Assembly: GCF_032444005.1 (NCBI RefSeq)
Contig: NC_091283.1
Coordinates: 43,028,001-43,092,000, forward strand
From: Ranitomeya imitator
Lineage: Eukaryota
Length of the DNA: 64,000 nt
Direction: 5' to 3'
The notes below the pieces were generated by a model. It made no database searches, was not told the DNA's origin, and saw only the letters and a list, made by a program, of their open reading frames with translations. Each line of letters starts with the position of its first letter. Position 1 is the first letter of the stretch. The translations under genes were made by a program, and so were the position numbers. This document shows positions 9,845-21,545 of the stretch, piece by piece.

Positions 9845-12055
9845 CAGCCACCACTAGGGGGAGCTCACTGTATACAAATTTATACAGCCACCACTAGGGG
9901 GAGCTCACTACATACAGATTTATACAGCCACCACTAGGGGGAGCTCACTACATACAGATTTATACAGCCACCACTAGAGGGAGCTCACTGTATACAGATT
10001 TATACAGCCACCACTAGGGGGAGCTCACTACATACAGATTTATACAGCCACCACTAGGGGGAGCACACTACATACAGATTTATACAGCCACCGCTAGGGG
10101 GAGCTCACTGTATACAGATTTATACAGCCACCACTAGAGGGAGCTCACTACATACAGATTTATACAGCCACCACTAGGGGAGCTCACTGTATACAGATTT
10201 ATACAGCCACCACTAGAGGGAGCTCACTGTATACAGATTTATACAGCCACCACTAGAGGGAGCTCACTACATACAGATTTATACAGCCACCACTAGGGGG
10301 AGCTCACTGTATACAGATTTATAAAGCCACCGCTAGAGGGAGCTCACTGCATACAGATTTATACAGCCACCACTAGGGGGAGCTCACTACATACAGATTT
10401 ATGCTGCTCACTATCCCCAGTCCCACACGCCCGGTGCCTCGGGGTGATCCTCGACTCTGCCCTCTCTTTCAAGCCACATATCCAAGCCCTTGCCTCCTCC
10501 TGTCGTCTCAAACTCAAAAATATTTCCCGGATCCGTGCTTTCCTTGACCGCAACACTGCAAAAACGCTAGTGCATGCCCTTATCATCTCCCGCCTCGACT
10601 ACTGCAACCTCCTACTCTCTGGACTCCCCTCTAGCACTCTGGCACCACTCCAATCCATCCTACACTCTGCTGCCCGACTAATCCACCTGTCCCCCCGCTA
10701 TTCCCCAGCCTCTCCCCTGTGTCAAGCCCTTCACTGGCTTCCTATCGCCCAGAGACTCCAGTTCAAAACCCTCACACTGACATACAAAGCCATTCACAAC
10801 CTGTCTCCTCCATACATCTGTGACATGGTCTCCCGGTACCTACCTACACGCGACCTCCGATCCTCCCAAGACCTCCTTCTCTACTCCCCTCTCATCTCTT
10901 CTTCCCATAACCGCATCCAAGACTTCTCCCGTGCTTCCCCCATACTCTGGAATTCTCTACCCCAACACATCAGACTTGCGCCTACCATAGAAACCTTCAA
11001 AAAGAACCTGAAGACTCATCTCTTCCGACAAGCCTACAGCCTGCAGTGATCCTCAACCTACTGAACAGCTGCACAGCCAGCTCTTCCCTCTCCTAGTGTA
11101 TCCTCACCCACCCCCTGCAGACTGTGAGCCCTCGCGGGCAGGGTCCTCCCTCCTTATGTACTCGTGTGCCTTGTTATCTGCTCATGTTTAATGTATTTGT
11201 CTATATTTGCCCCGTATTCACATGTAAAGCGCCATGGAATAAATGGCGCTATAAAAATGTATAATAATAATAATAACATTTATACAGCCACCACTAGAGG
11301 GAGCTCACTACATACAGATTTATACAGCCACCACTAGAGGGAGCTCACTACATACAGATTTATACAGCCACCACTAGAGGGAGCTCACTACATACAGATT
11401 TATACAGCCACCACTAGAGGGAGCTCACTACATACAGATTTATACAGCCACCACTAGAGGGAGCTCACTACATACAGATTTATACAGCCACCACTAGGGG
11501 AGCTCACTGTATACAGATTTATACAGCCACCACTAGAGGGAGCTCACTACATACAGATTTATACAGTCACCACTAGGGGAGCTCACTGTATACAGATTTA
11601 TACAGCCACCACTAGAGGGAGCTCACTACATACAGATTTATACAGCCACCACTAGAGGGAGCTCACTACATACAGATCGGCCACCACTAGGGGGAGCTCA
11701 CTACTTAGATTTATACAGCCACCACTAGAGGGAGCTCACTACTTACAGATTTATACAAAATAGCTCACTACATACAGTGAGCTCACTACATACAGATCAG
11801 CCACCACTAGGGGGAGCTCACTACTTACAGAATTATACAGCCACCACTAGGGGGAGCTCACTTCATGCAGTTATACATCCACCACTAGGGGGAGCTCACT
11901 ATATATAGATTTATACAGCCACCCCTAGGGGGAGCTCACTTCATGCAGAGTTATACATCCACCACTAGGTGGAGCTCATTGCATACAGATTTATACAGTG
12001 ACCACTAGGTGAAGCTCACTGAGATTTATACAGCCACCACTAGGGGGAGCTCACT
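9845..12055. repeat. 39-40-bp minisatellite (~30-35 copies) split by an L2 insertion
   Basis: Unit tatacagccaccactagggggagctcactacatacagatt at ~9845-10402 and ~11278-12055. Confidence 0.93.
10403..11277 (+). mobile_element. 5'-truncated L2-clade LINE
   Basis: RT C-terminal ORF 10444-11049 (SRLDYCNLLLSGLP...LHWLPIAQRLQFK...FKKNLKTHLF); 3' stem-loop agcgccat-ggaataa-atggcgct; (aat)n tail; atttat duplicated at 10397-10402 and 11278-11283. Confidence 0.9.
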
Positions 12056-12273
12056 GCATATGGTTGTATATTGTACTGGCTGATTACTACACTGGTAGGC
12101 AGAGGGGTATTTGAGGGTGAAATCTACTGTATGGCTATAAAGTGGCTGGATTTCTTTTGCAGAGCAGTCTGTGTAGTAATATAGAGAGTGGGCATGTGTC
12201 GTCCGTAGTTTTGTCATTCTGCTATAAACCCCCTGATTTCTGGATTCCCTAATTCTCCCTCTTTTCCTCTCAG

Positions 12274-12303
12274 CTGACACACGATCATCAGCGTCTGCCG
12301 TCG
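12274..12303 (+). CDS. sars2: sars2 exon 3 (30 nt)
   Basis: ttttcctctcAG|LTHDHQRLPS|GTaagg; phase 0. Confidence 0.8.
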
Positions 12304-12579
12304 GTAAGGATCTGCATTTTGCTATGAAGGGGCGGGGCTTCCGAGTGGAGGCGGGGTTTATAGTCTGGTCCGCACCAGTGGGGGAGCGCGCCTGCTGCAG
12401 CCGGTAGCCTGACAGCCGGACACAAGTGTGATCTTATATGGGGGTGGAGGGGGAAGCGGCTGATCACTGGGGACACGGATAGGAGGAGTTCATGGCGGGA
12501 GTGAGGAATTACATATAAGACATACTGGGACTCACGGTTCCTCATCACTGTAATCATATTATTACCTTCTGTGATTTAG

Positions 12580-12720
12580 ATCCCCAGGTACCTGACAATC
12601 CGAAGCAGGGGGAAGGAGATCCGACAACAGCTGTCCGCTCTCTACCGGCAGGAGAACGATCTGGAAGAGTCATTCTACGTTCGGGCCCTTAAGTTGCCTA
12701 ATAGGACCCATCCGGGCACC
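12580..12720 (+). CDS. sars2: sars2 exon 4
   Basis: IPRYLTIRSRGKEIRQQL...YVRALKLPNRTHPGT|GTgagt, 141 nt. Confidence 0.92.
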
Positions 12721-12974
12721 GTGAGTAGCAATAAAAGACCCCTGGGATGGTGGTGGGGGGGGGGGGGGGGTGGGTTGTTAAAGAAAAAACAGACTGCAAC
12801 AGCGCCACTGTCCATGGTATGCATCTAGTACTGTGAATGAAACTCCGCTGCAGTACCCGGCAGAGCCATGCACAAGAGGGGGCGCTGTCTGCAGCTTGCG
12901 GGGGCATCGGCCACAGATGTGCTCAGTATGCAGGGTGATGTGTTCTAGCTCACGTCGTCTCATTTCTTCTACAG

Positions 12975-13029
12975 CCCGTTGGGTCTGAGAGCAACGCGCG
13001 GCTGCTGGAGGTTGTTGGACGGAAGGCTG
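12975..13029 (+). CDS. sars2: sars2 exon 5
   Basis: PVGSESNARLLEVVGRKA, 55 nt, AG/GT. Confidence 0.92.
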
Positions 13030-13986
13030 GTAAGGAAGGAGGATGCGCTGTGTGAACAGTCCCATGGTCATGAAGTGGTTAAACATCTGCCCATAGGTGG
13101 TGTATACTGCAGATATACCAGACACGACCCATGGCACGCTGGGTAGCATCCATTTTATTTATTTTTTGTTAATTCTGCCATGGGAGAGTTCAGCTCTGAA
13201 GCCAGCAAAACTGTGGATGCGTTTACCTGTTGTCGCCACCAGGGGGAGCTCAGTATATCAGGTTACCGTAATAAGACTCTAAAACAGGGGTCCCCAAACT
13301 TTTTACACAGGGGGCCAGTTCACTGTCCCTCAGACCGTTGGAGGGCCGGACTATAAAAAAAAAAAACTGTGAAAATCCCTATGTACACTACACATATCTC
13401 ATTTTAAAGTAAAAAAAAAACATACAGGGAACAAATACAATATTCAAAATAAAGAACTAGTAAATTTAAATCAACAAACTCCCCATTATTTCAATGGGAA
13501 CTATGGGCCTGCTTTTGACTGATGAGGTGGTCAATGTCCGGCTCCATATTTGTCACTGCTAGCCGTAACAAGTGATGCAAGCGCACATCAGTTAGTCTAG
13601 ATCTGGTTGGAGATTTCAGATGTTTCATTCTGGAAAAAGTCTGTTCACAAACATAAGTGCCGCCAAAGATGATTGCCATTTTGAGTGCATGATTCCAGAG
13701 ATTGGGATAGGTCTCAGAGGGGAGAGATGCATAGAAGTTAGACAAGCTGCTTGACTTGAATGCGTCAGTCACAATTCTGCAGTTCAGCCAGTTCCATTTG
13801 GTAAATTGCATCCACATTTTCAATGTCAATAGAAAATGGGTTACGGAAAAGCTGCATGTCCTGTTCATGGAGATGAAGCTCTTTAAATCTGAATTGGAAC
13901 TCCTTTTGCAATGTTTCCAGTGAATTCGCACATGTTTCTTTTGGAAATTTAACCATGGGTTTTTCTGCTAACAGATTTTGAGTTAA

Positions 13987-14189
13987 CCCTGCTGTTCTGT
14001 TCGGTCTGGGGAGACCTATTTTGAACTTTGGTATTTTTTGGGGTGTTCAAGATGCGGTTCTGAAACTTGTGGTTGATTGACTTAAATGAGGATGGGTCGG
14101 TCGGCCACGGGTTTCAGAGCCGCATCTTGAATATTTTAAAGAATATTGAAGTTCAAGGTCGGTCATTTTTGACCAACAGAACAGCAGGG
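13987..14189. mobile_element. piggyBac-type MITE inside the hAT
   Basis: TTAA|ccctgctgttctgtt ... aacagaacagcaggg|TTAA. Confidence 0.85.
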
Positions 14190-14529
14190 TTAAGGGGAGA
14201 TGGCATTAATTGTCCTCCTTCACTTGTTTGATAAGGAAAAATAGGAAAGTTTTCTTGCAGAGTTTAGCAAACGCTGATGCACATTGTCTCCCATTTCTTC
14301 AATCCTTTGTGTAATTGTAGATCCTGAAAGACTAACTGTACTAAACAAGTCTGACTTTTCTGGACACATCTCTTTGGCGACAGAAAGAAGGCGTTCTTTA
14401 ACAAATTCTCCCTCCACGAACGGCCTGCCAGTGCATGCTATTAGCTTGGCAACTTGATAACTTGCTCGCAGTGATGAAATGTTTAGCTGCTTCTGCTTCA
14501 CAAAAGTATTTTGCTGAGTTGTCAATGAA

Positions 14530-14789
14530 GAAGAATAATAATAATCATCTTTATTTTTATATAGCGCTAACATATTCCGCAGCGCTTTACAGTTTTGCAC
14601 ACATCATCATCACTGTCCCCGCGATGGGGCTCACAATCTAAATTCCCTATCGGAGAACCTGGAGGAAACCCACGCAAACACGGAGAGAACATACAAACTC
14701 TTTGCAGATGTTGTCCTGGGTGGGATTCGAACCCAGGACCCCAGCGCTGCAAGGCTGCTGTGCTAACCACTGCGCCACCGTGCTGCCCT
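14530..14789 (-). mobile_element. tRNA-derived SINE with an L2-like tail, inside the hAT
   Basis: Head ggcagcacggtggcgcagtggttagc (A box) ... gggttcgaatccc (B box); tail aaagcgctgcggaatatgttagcgct + (att)n; ATGAA duplicated at 14525-14529 and 14790-14794; removal restores transposase KLKHSLTTQQNTF. Confidence 0.88.
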
Positions 14790-16238
14790 ATGAATGTTTC
14801 AGTTTTAATATTTTATCTTTTCTTACATCTCCAACCAAACAATCATATTTATCTTTATGTTGAGTTTGATAGTGTCGACGCAAATTGTATTCTTTAAACA
14901 CAGCAACTATATTCTGACATATCAAACACACAGCTCTTTCCTTGTACTGCATGAAAAAGTAATCATAAGTCCACTGTTCTTTGAATATCCTACACTCCGA
15001 GTCAATTTTTCTTTCTTGACGTCATTGTGTCCTAGGGATTCCAAATTGCTATTAGTAAAATACCAATAGATATATATATACAGCCCTACAAAAACAATAT
15101 ACCAACAATCACCCCCATATAGGTCCAGCTCCCATGCTCTAACCCAAACCCCCCATCCCCGCTTAAAAAAACAAAGAAAGCTATACATTACCTAGCAGTG
15201 CACTGTAGCGTAGCCGCTCCCGCGCTGCCCGCGCTCCTCGCTGTTCGTCTGTCAGGCCTAGATGCGCACGTCGCGCGTCACTACGTGCGACGTGCTCATC
15301 TAGGTCTGGAGTCTCAGTCTGGATTCCAGACTCTGGAAGATGAGCGCCGAACTCTCGCTTCTGCATAGCGCCGGGCGCTCAGAAGCGAGAGGAACATGTG
15401 ATTTGCGGCGGGGGCCGGGTAAAAGGCCTCCGGGGGCTGGATGCGGGCCGTAGTTTGGGGACCCCTGCTCTAAAACATCCATATTCAGAGCTGTAGATAA
15501 GGTGGTGGCGCTGGTTAACCCCTTCAGGAATGGGTGATTATTTATTTATTATTCTTTATGTACTTTAATTTTTTTTCTCCCTTTATTCAATCAGCCATAA
15601 CTTCTTTTTTTTTTCTGTCCTTTCTATTTTCTCTACAATGTTTACTGTTTGGATTAATTCATTTTAATATTCTCACACTATAGAATTTTACAGATTTGGC
15701 AATTCCAAATGTTTTATTTTATTAATCTTGAAAAGGCAGGTGTTTTTAAATTTTATTGTTTTATTTTTTTTTGTGGCTGTAAAAACTGTATTCTTTTTCA
15801 CTTTTATTCTCGGTCCCCGGGGATGTGAGCCTGCGATTGTTTGTTAACGGTGTTGCTCTGACCATCCGCACGCATNNNNNNNNNNNNNNNNNNNNNNNNN
15901 NNNNNNNNNNNNNNNNNNNNNNNNNNNNNNNNNNNNNNNNNNNNNNNNNNNNNNNNNNNNNNNNNNNNNNNNNNNNNNNNNNNNNNNNNNNNNNNNNNNN
16001 NNNNNNNNNNNNNNNNNNNNNNNNNNNNNNNNNNNNNNNNNNNNNNNNNNNNNNNNNNNNNNNNNNNNNNNNNNNNNNNNNNNNNNNNNNNNNNNNNNNN
16101 NNNNNNNNNNNNNNNNNNNNNNNNNNNNNNNNNNNNNNNNNNNNNNNNNNNNNNNNNNNNNNNNNNNNNNNNNNNNNNNNNNNNNNNNNNNNNNNNNNNN
16201 NNNNNNNNGTTAATTTTATTGTTTTTTTTTGCTTCCAG

Positions 16239-16302
16239 AGTTTGATTTTAAAGTTCGGGGTCACCTGGAAATCGGGGAGGATCTGGACATCATCAGGCAG
16301 AG
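16239..16302 (+). CDS. sars2: sars2 exon 6
   Basis: EFDFKVRGHLEIGEDLDIIRQ, 64 nt. Confidence 0.92.
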
Positions 16303-16569
16303 GTACGCTGTCCTGCCCCGTCTCTTCTTTTGTGTTGTGCCGGCAGACTTCTTTATCGTGGGGTAATATCACATAATGGGCTTTGGCCGGAGGCAGTTTC
16401 CAGCCTGCGCTCCTGTCTGTGTAATGTGACGGCATCGTGCACCTGATGGCGGCTTTATCAGCTGCTGCGGAGTCCATGGCCGGGACCATTACAGATAATT
16501 ATCCCTGCGCCCTCCGGGTAAAGCTTTGTCATGTAAGGAACATGTTGTACTGAGTAGATGTATAGAGCC

Positions 16570-17170
16570 AGCTCTCCGGGGGCACATGTGGTGGTGACGC
16601 ATCTCTCCGGGGGGGCACATGTGGTGGTGGGGCATCTCTCTGGGGGGCACATATAGTTGTGGCACAACTCTCTGGGGGGCACATATAGTTGTGGCACAAC
16701 TCTCTGGGGGGCACATATAGTTGTGGCACATCTCTCTGGGGGGCACATATAGTTGTGGCGCATCTCTCTGGGGGGGCACATGTGGTGGTGGGGCATCTCT
16801 CTGGGGGGGCACATGTGGTGGTGGGGCATCTCTCTGGGGGGGCACATGTGGTGGTGGCGCATCTCTCTGGGGGCACTTGTGGTGGTGGCCCATCTCTCTG
16901 GGGGGCACTTGTGGTGGTGGCGCATCTCTCTGGGGGGCACTTGTGGTGGTGGCACATCTCTCTGGGGGGCACTTGTGGTGGCGGCGCATCTCTCTGGGGG
17001 GCACTTGTGGTGGTGGTGGCGCATCTCTCTGGGGGGCACTTGTGGTGGTGGTGGCGCATCTCTCTGGGGGGCACTTGTGGTGGTGGCGCATCTCTCTGGG
17101 GGGCACTTGTGGTGGCGCATCTCTGTGTGGGGAGCGTGCATGTTGGCGCATCTCTCTGGGGGGCACGTAT
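16570..17170. repeat. G-rich ~31-36-bp minisatellite, sars2 intron 6
   Basis: Unit ggggcacttgtggtggtggcgcatctctctgg with variants. Confidence 0.93.
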
Positions 17171-17212
17171 GTTGGCAGCGCATCTGACGTGGATTCTGTC
17201 CTGTTCCTTCAG

Positions 17213-17318
17213 ACGTCTCTCGCACATCTCTGGGAACCGCTGTTACTACCTGCGGGGGTCCGGCTCCATGTTGCAGCACGCACTGGTGAACTTCACTATC
17301 ACCAAACTCGTAAAGAAG
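17213..17318 (+). CDS. sars2: sars2 exon 7
   Basis: [35 protein letters not shown], 106 nt. Confidence 0.94.
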
Positions 17319-17895
17319 GTAAACGGACGAGCTCACCATCGTCACTTGTGACCGGAGCCATAAAGGGCTGGCTGACCGCTGTTCTCTATCGCTCAGCCAG
17401 CCCCCTTCTCTGTACAGGATTCTCTAGACCAGATTCATTGTAGAAGATGAGGAATGTAGATCTGTTACCCAAAACGGTGAGACCCTCCACGGTCATCCGA
17501 ACTTACTGATCGGTGGGGTCCAACAACTGGACCCTGCAGCGATCAGAAGAACGGGGAATTATTCTCCCCAGTGCACATGGCCGACTGCTGCACCGTTCGG
17601 TCCCTATGGAGGACAGCGCTTGGCAGCCCCAGAAGGAATGGATGGAGCGGCGGTTGTACTCGTGCACTGCTGATCCGTGCGAGATCCCAGCGGACAAACC
17701 CCCTCTGATCAACAAGTTACTATCTGTTCACAATGGCGTCTTGTCACCGGACAAACCCTTTAATGTCACTGACTGTATAGAGAGCAGCACGTGGTCTCAT
17801 CCCCAGTATTGCCCCAGTGCCGCTGCCCCTCCATTATTCTCAGGACTGATGAGGGTCCTTGCTCATTATTTTCTCCTTTTTTCTCTCTGTTGCAG

Positions 17896-17943
17896 GGATT
17901 TATTCCTCTCTCTGTCCCGGACATGCTGAAAGGAGCCGTATTC
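17896..17943 (+). CDS. sars2: sars2 exon 8
   Basis: GFIPLSVPDMLKGAVF, 48 nt. Confidence 0.94.
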
Positions 17944-18295
17944 GTGAGTCTACTTCATATCCATTTTTCTTCTTTTCTTAAACAGATGTGCGGGGGCAGG
18001 TTAAGAACTGCTGGAAGCATAACCATATTACTTTATGTCCTGCACTATCATGATAGGGTCTCAGATATGGGTAAAGAATCACCATGGAGAGGGGCTTTAC
18101 CCAATAAAGTCTGATAATCTGCCCCTCATTAATGCCAATTCTTGCTCCTGTGACCAGCAGTTTGCTTTATCCTGCGCATGGATATTGAGCCCGTGGGTTA
18201 GCTGAGGGGAGCCACAACTTTCCGTTATTCTGCCTTAATAGCCTTGTGTTTCTTGTGTGCCCCCGCCTGACCTGTACGCTCCCCCCATGTCCCAG

Positions 18296-18404
18296 GAAGG
18301 TTGCGGCATGCAGCCGACCGCCCACAGCTCGCAGGTCTACAGCATGGATCCATCTGCACACCCGGACCTGCATCTGGCGGGGACCTCGGAGGTTGGAATC
18401 GCAG
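18296..18404 (+). CDS. sars2: sars2 exon 9
   Basis: EGCGMQPTAHSSQVYSMD...LHLAGTSEVGIA, 109 nt. Confidence 0.94.
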
Positions 18405-18520
18405 GTAATTACGTGTCCGCTCCTCGTTTTACAGAACGACCAGTGCGTCTGGGACTCGCCGGTAGGTTGGGGGATGAGTCCGTTTTGCTCATGTTTCATT
18501 CCTGGTCTCTTTCTTCTCAG

Positions 18521-18566
18521 GTTATTTTATGGATCATGCAGTAGAACTGTCAGATCTGCCCATTCG
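18521..18566 (+). CDS. sars2: sars2 exon 10
   Basis: YFMDHAVELSDLPIR, 46 nt. Confidence 0.94.
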
Positions 18567-18859
18567 GTGAGTGTTTACTTTCTGAGGGTTCTCCGGTGCT
18601 GGCGGCGGTGGTTCGGCACATACCTGCCAGGACGCGCGCACTATCGGCAGGTCTTGTCCTCTGGTTGGAGCATATGAGGACCGATATCTGCTGATTGTGC
18701 ACTCATCCTGGCAGGTATGTGTCGGAACACCAGCACCGCTCGCCTCCCGCTGCAGGAGAAGCAGCACCAGACGCTCCCTTTAGTGTATGAACCCCGACCA
18801 TATGGTAATCCTCGCCCGCTTTCCGCCTCCTCTCTATATTCATCTTTTTTCGTCGGCAG

Positions 18860-18947
18860 GACTGTTTGCTGCAGCACATGTTACCGAGCAGAGACCGACA
18901 CCGGCCGGGAAACGTGGGGTCTCTACCGAGTTCACCATTTCACCAAG
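18860..18947 (+). CDS. sars2: sars2 exon 11 (class II aaRS motif 2)
   Basis: [29 protein letters not shown], 88 nt. Confidence 0.95.
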
Positions 18948-19029
18948 GTCGGGGTCTTCCCTTGGGGAGTCTCGGGACACAATCCTTCTCTGCGGAGCGG
19001 CGGTCACCATATTGGCGTCTCTTCTACAG

Positions 19030-19142
19030 GTGGAGATGTTTGGGGTCACCGCTGATGAGACTGGTAACGAGAGTCAGGAGCTACTGGAGGAGTTTCTGGA
19101 GCTGCAGAAAGAGATTTTCTCTGATCTGGGATTACACTTTCA
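19030..19142 (+). CDS. sars2: sars2 exon 12
   Basis: [37 protein letters not shown], 113 nt. Confidence 0.95.
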
Positions 19143-19369
19143 GTGAGTAAAACCATAGATCCTTATGGATCCTGGGAATCTCGGGATCAGGCTGGTTTAC
19201 CCCCTGGATCTGGATTTGTTGGCTTTCATTTTCAAAACCCCCATGTCGTGCGTGATGGAAGGGGGAACCACAGGGGCAATAAAGGGGCCGCAGCCATCAC
19301 CAGTCTGTCCCTTACTGTACGCACAGACGACTTTATCTGGGGATAAGATTTTCCTTGTGATGTTTCTAG

Positions 19370-19463
19370 TGTTTTGGAAATGCCAAGTGAGGAACTCGGG
19401 CTCCCCGCTTACCGGAAATGTGACATAGAGGCCTGGATGCCGGGGCGAGGGAAGTACGGAGAG
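19370..19463 (+). CDS. sars2: sars2 exon 13
   Basis: [31 protein letters not shown], 94 nt. Confidence 0.95.
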
Positions 19464-19614
19464 GTGCGTACTCCATGTTCTATACCCGTGCTGCAGCCAG
19501 AGCAGCTCCTGTCCATGTAGTACCAGAGCGGTCAGCAGAGGGCGCTACGAGGCGTCATTACTTATCCACATTTACCTCCATATAGTGCTGATATTATTAT
19601 TATTATTCCTCCAG

Positions 19615-19707
19615 ATCTCCAGTGCATCAAACTGCACCGACTTCCAGAGCCGGAGGCTGAACATCATGTACCGGAGACCCGACGGAGAGCTGCGGCACGT
19701 CCACACG
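19615..19707 (+). CDS. sars2: sars2 exon 14
   Basis: ISSASNCTDFQSRRLNIMYRRPDGELRHVHT, 93 nt. Confidence 0.95.
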
Positions 19708-20239
19708 GTGAGATTACTGCACCCCACCCAGGGACGCGTCAAAGTGTCATGTCAACATGGAAATGCATTTGCCACATGGCTCACAATCTATTGGTGGTCC
19801 GGGACCCCCAGTAATCAGCTGTCAGCAGGTCCCGGGTGTTCAGTGAGTGGATTCAGTACAGCACAGCGCCACACACTGTGTAGTGGCCAGTCTCGGGTAC
19901 TGCAGCTCAGCTCCTATTAAAGTGAATGATCTGCAGTACCTGGAATGGCCACTATGTGGTATACGTTACCGCGGCGTTCTGCTTCTTTTTACACCCGTCC
20001 ACTAACAGCTAATTGTTGGGGCGCTGTTTGCCCTGCAGCGGTCTCTATAGGGCTGGAGATCACCATGTTCTCACGAAATTTAGCCAGCGTTTTAATTAAG
20101 ATTTCAAATCTCCTCTTTTCTGCTTGTTGTAATGCCCGGTCCGATAGTCAGGGACCACAGCTTCAGCTCGGGATTATCTGCGTCCCTGCCGGCCCGTAGC
20201 ACCGGACCTGTGCTGAGCCTGTGTCCTATATAATTGCAG

Positions 20240-20305
20240 ATTAACGGCACGGCGTGTGCGGTCCCCCGGCTCATCATCGCTATTCTGGAATCTAACCAGT
20301 TACAG
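20240..20305 (+). CDS. sars2: sars2 exon 15 (motif 3)
   Basis: INGTACAVPRLIIAILESNQLQ, 66 nt. Confidence 0.95.
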
Positions 20306-20942
20306 GTGAGTCCTGAAGGGTTTCTATGACTGGTCCCATTTTATATGGACTCCTCCAGCACCATCGCATCCTTCCTTGCTTCTGCCAAGAACACGTCACT
20401 ACCGATTGCTCCATAAAGGGTTTGTACTTTATAAGAAAACATGGCTGCTGCCTCCGACTGGCTTGCGGGTGACTTTGCACCTTTGTTCTATTGACGTTAA
20501 TGGGACTGAGCTGTAATACCAGACGTAACCTGCGGACAGGTGTGGCGCTGCTTTGTTCTTCTAATCCTGGCCTGTCCCTTTTGCTGGAAGTCTGGCTAAT
20601 GATGGCCACAGACTGATTGCTGTGAGCAGACAGACGTACATCTCTTCTTAAAGGGATTGTCTAGTACTCTGACACTAATAACCTATCCTTAGACCAGGGC
20701 TTCAGTATCCGATCAGTTGGGGTCCGACACCTGGCACCCCCATTTATCAGCTGCCATAGCAGTGAATGGAGAGAGTCTGTGCTCGCTCGGCCACCTCTTC
20801 TGTCACCGCTGGTCGTGCAGCAGCCGGATTGCAGGATGGTGGTCTCTCAGTGGTCGGACCCTCATCTTAGGCATGTCCATGGTGTATGTTAGTACAAGCG
20901 TCCATGCTGTAGCCCTTATATCCTGCTGTGCTTTTTCTTTAG

Positions 20943-21068
20943 GATGGCCGGGTGCGTATCCCTGAGGTCCTCCAGCCGTTCATGGGCGCTGACATCATAG
21001 ACAAACCATCGTACACTCCCCAGAAATACATAGGACCGAACCAGAGAAAGAAGCCAAACAAGATGTGA
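20943..21068 (+). CDS. sars2: sars2 exon 16 (last coding)
   Basis: DGRVRIPEVLQPFMGADII...YIGPNQRKKPNKM*; candidate AATAAA at 21792-21797. Confidence 0.93.
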   Translation, partial: DGRVRIPEVLQPFMGADIIDKPSYTPQKYIGPNQRKKPNKM

Positions 21069-21069
21069 C

Positions 21070-21545
21070 TGGGGCGGAGAGGATGGGGGGGCCGGGGCGG
21101 ATGGGGCCGGGGTGGAGAGGAGAGGATGGGGCCGGGGTGGAGAGGAGAGGATGGGGGGCCGGGGCGGAGAGGAGAGGATGGGGCCGGGGCGGAGAGGATG
21201 GGGCCGGGGTGGAGAGGAGAGGATGGGGGGCCGGGGCGGATGGGGCCGGGGTGGAGAGGAGAGGATGGGGCCGGGGTAGAGAGGAGAGGATGGGGCCGGG
21301 GCGGAGAGGAGAGGATGGGGCCGGAGAGGAGAGGATGGGGGGCCGGAGAGGAGAGGATGGGGGGCCGGAGAGGATGGGGGGCCGGAGAGGAGAGGATGGG
21401 GCCGGAGAGGAGAGGATGGGGCCGGGGCGGAGAGGAGAGGATGGGGGGCCGGAGAGGAGAGGATGGGGGGCCGGGGCAGAGAGGAGAGGATGGGGCCGGG
21501 GCGGCGAGGATCGGAGAGGAGAGGATGGGGCCGGGGCGGAGAACT
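21070..21545. repeat. Purine/G-rich minisatellite directly after the sars2 stop codon
   Basis: Repeated ggagaggagaggatgggggccggggc variants. Confidence 0.93.

Larger units (their letters stand above)
13285..15467 (-). mobile_element. Internally deleted hAT (Charlie/SPIN-like) transposon carrying nested insertions
   Basis: TIR caggggtccccaaact / agtttggggacccctg; 8-bp TSD CTCTAAAA (13277-13284, 15468-15475); transposase remnants on the minus strand (TYVCEQTFSRMKHLKSPTRSRLTD; RPFVEGEFVKE...SLSGSTITQRIEEM). Confidence 0.92.

Noticed and set aside
14740-14789. tRNA gene
   Set aside because: tRNA-like head of a SINE, followed by body, tail and TSD.
16458-17443. Overlapping 140-295-aa ORFs on both strands
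   Set aside because: Translations of a minisatellite; only 17213-17318 is a real exon.
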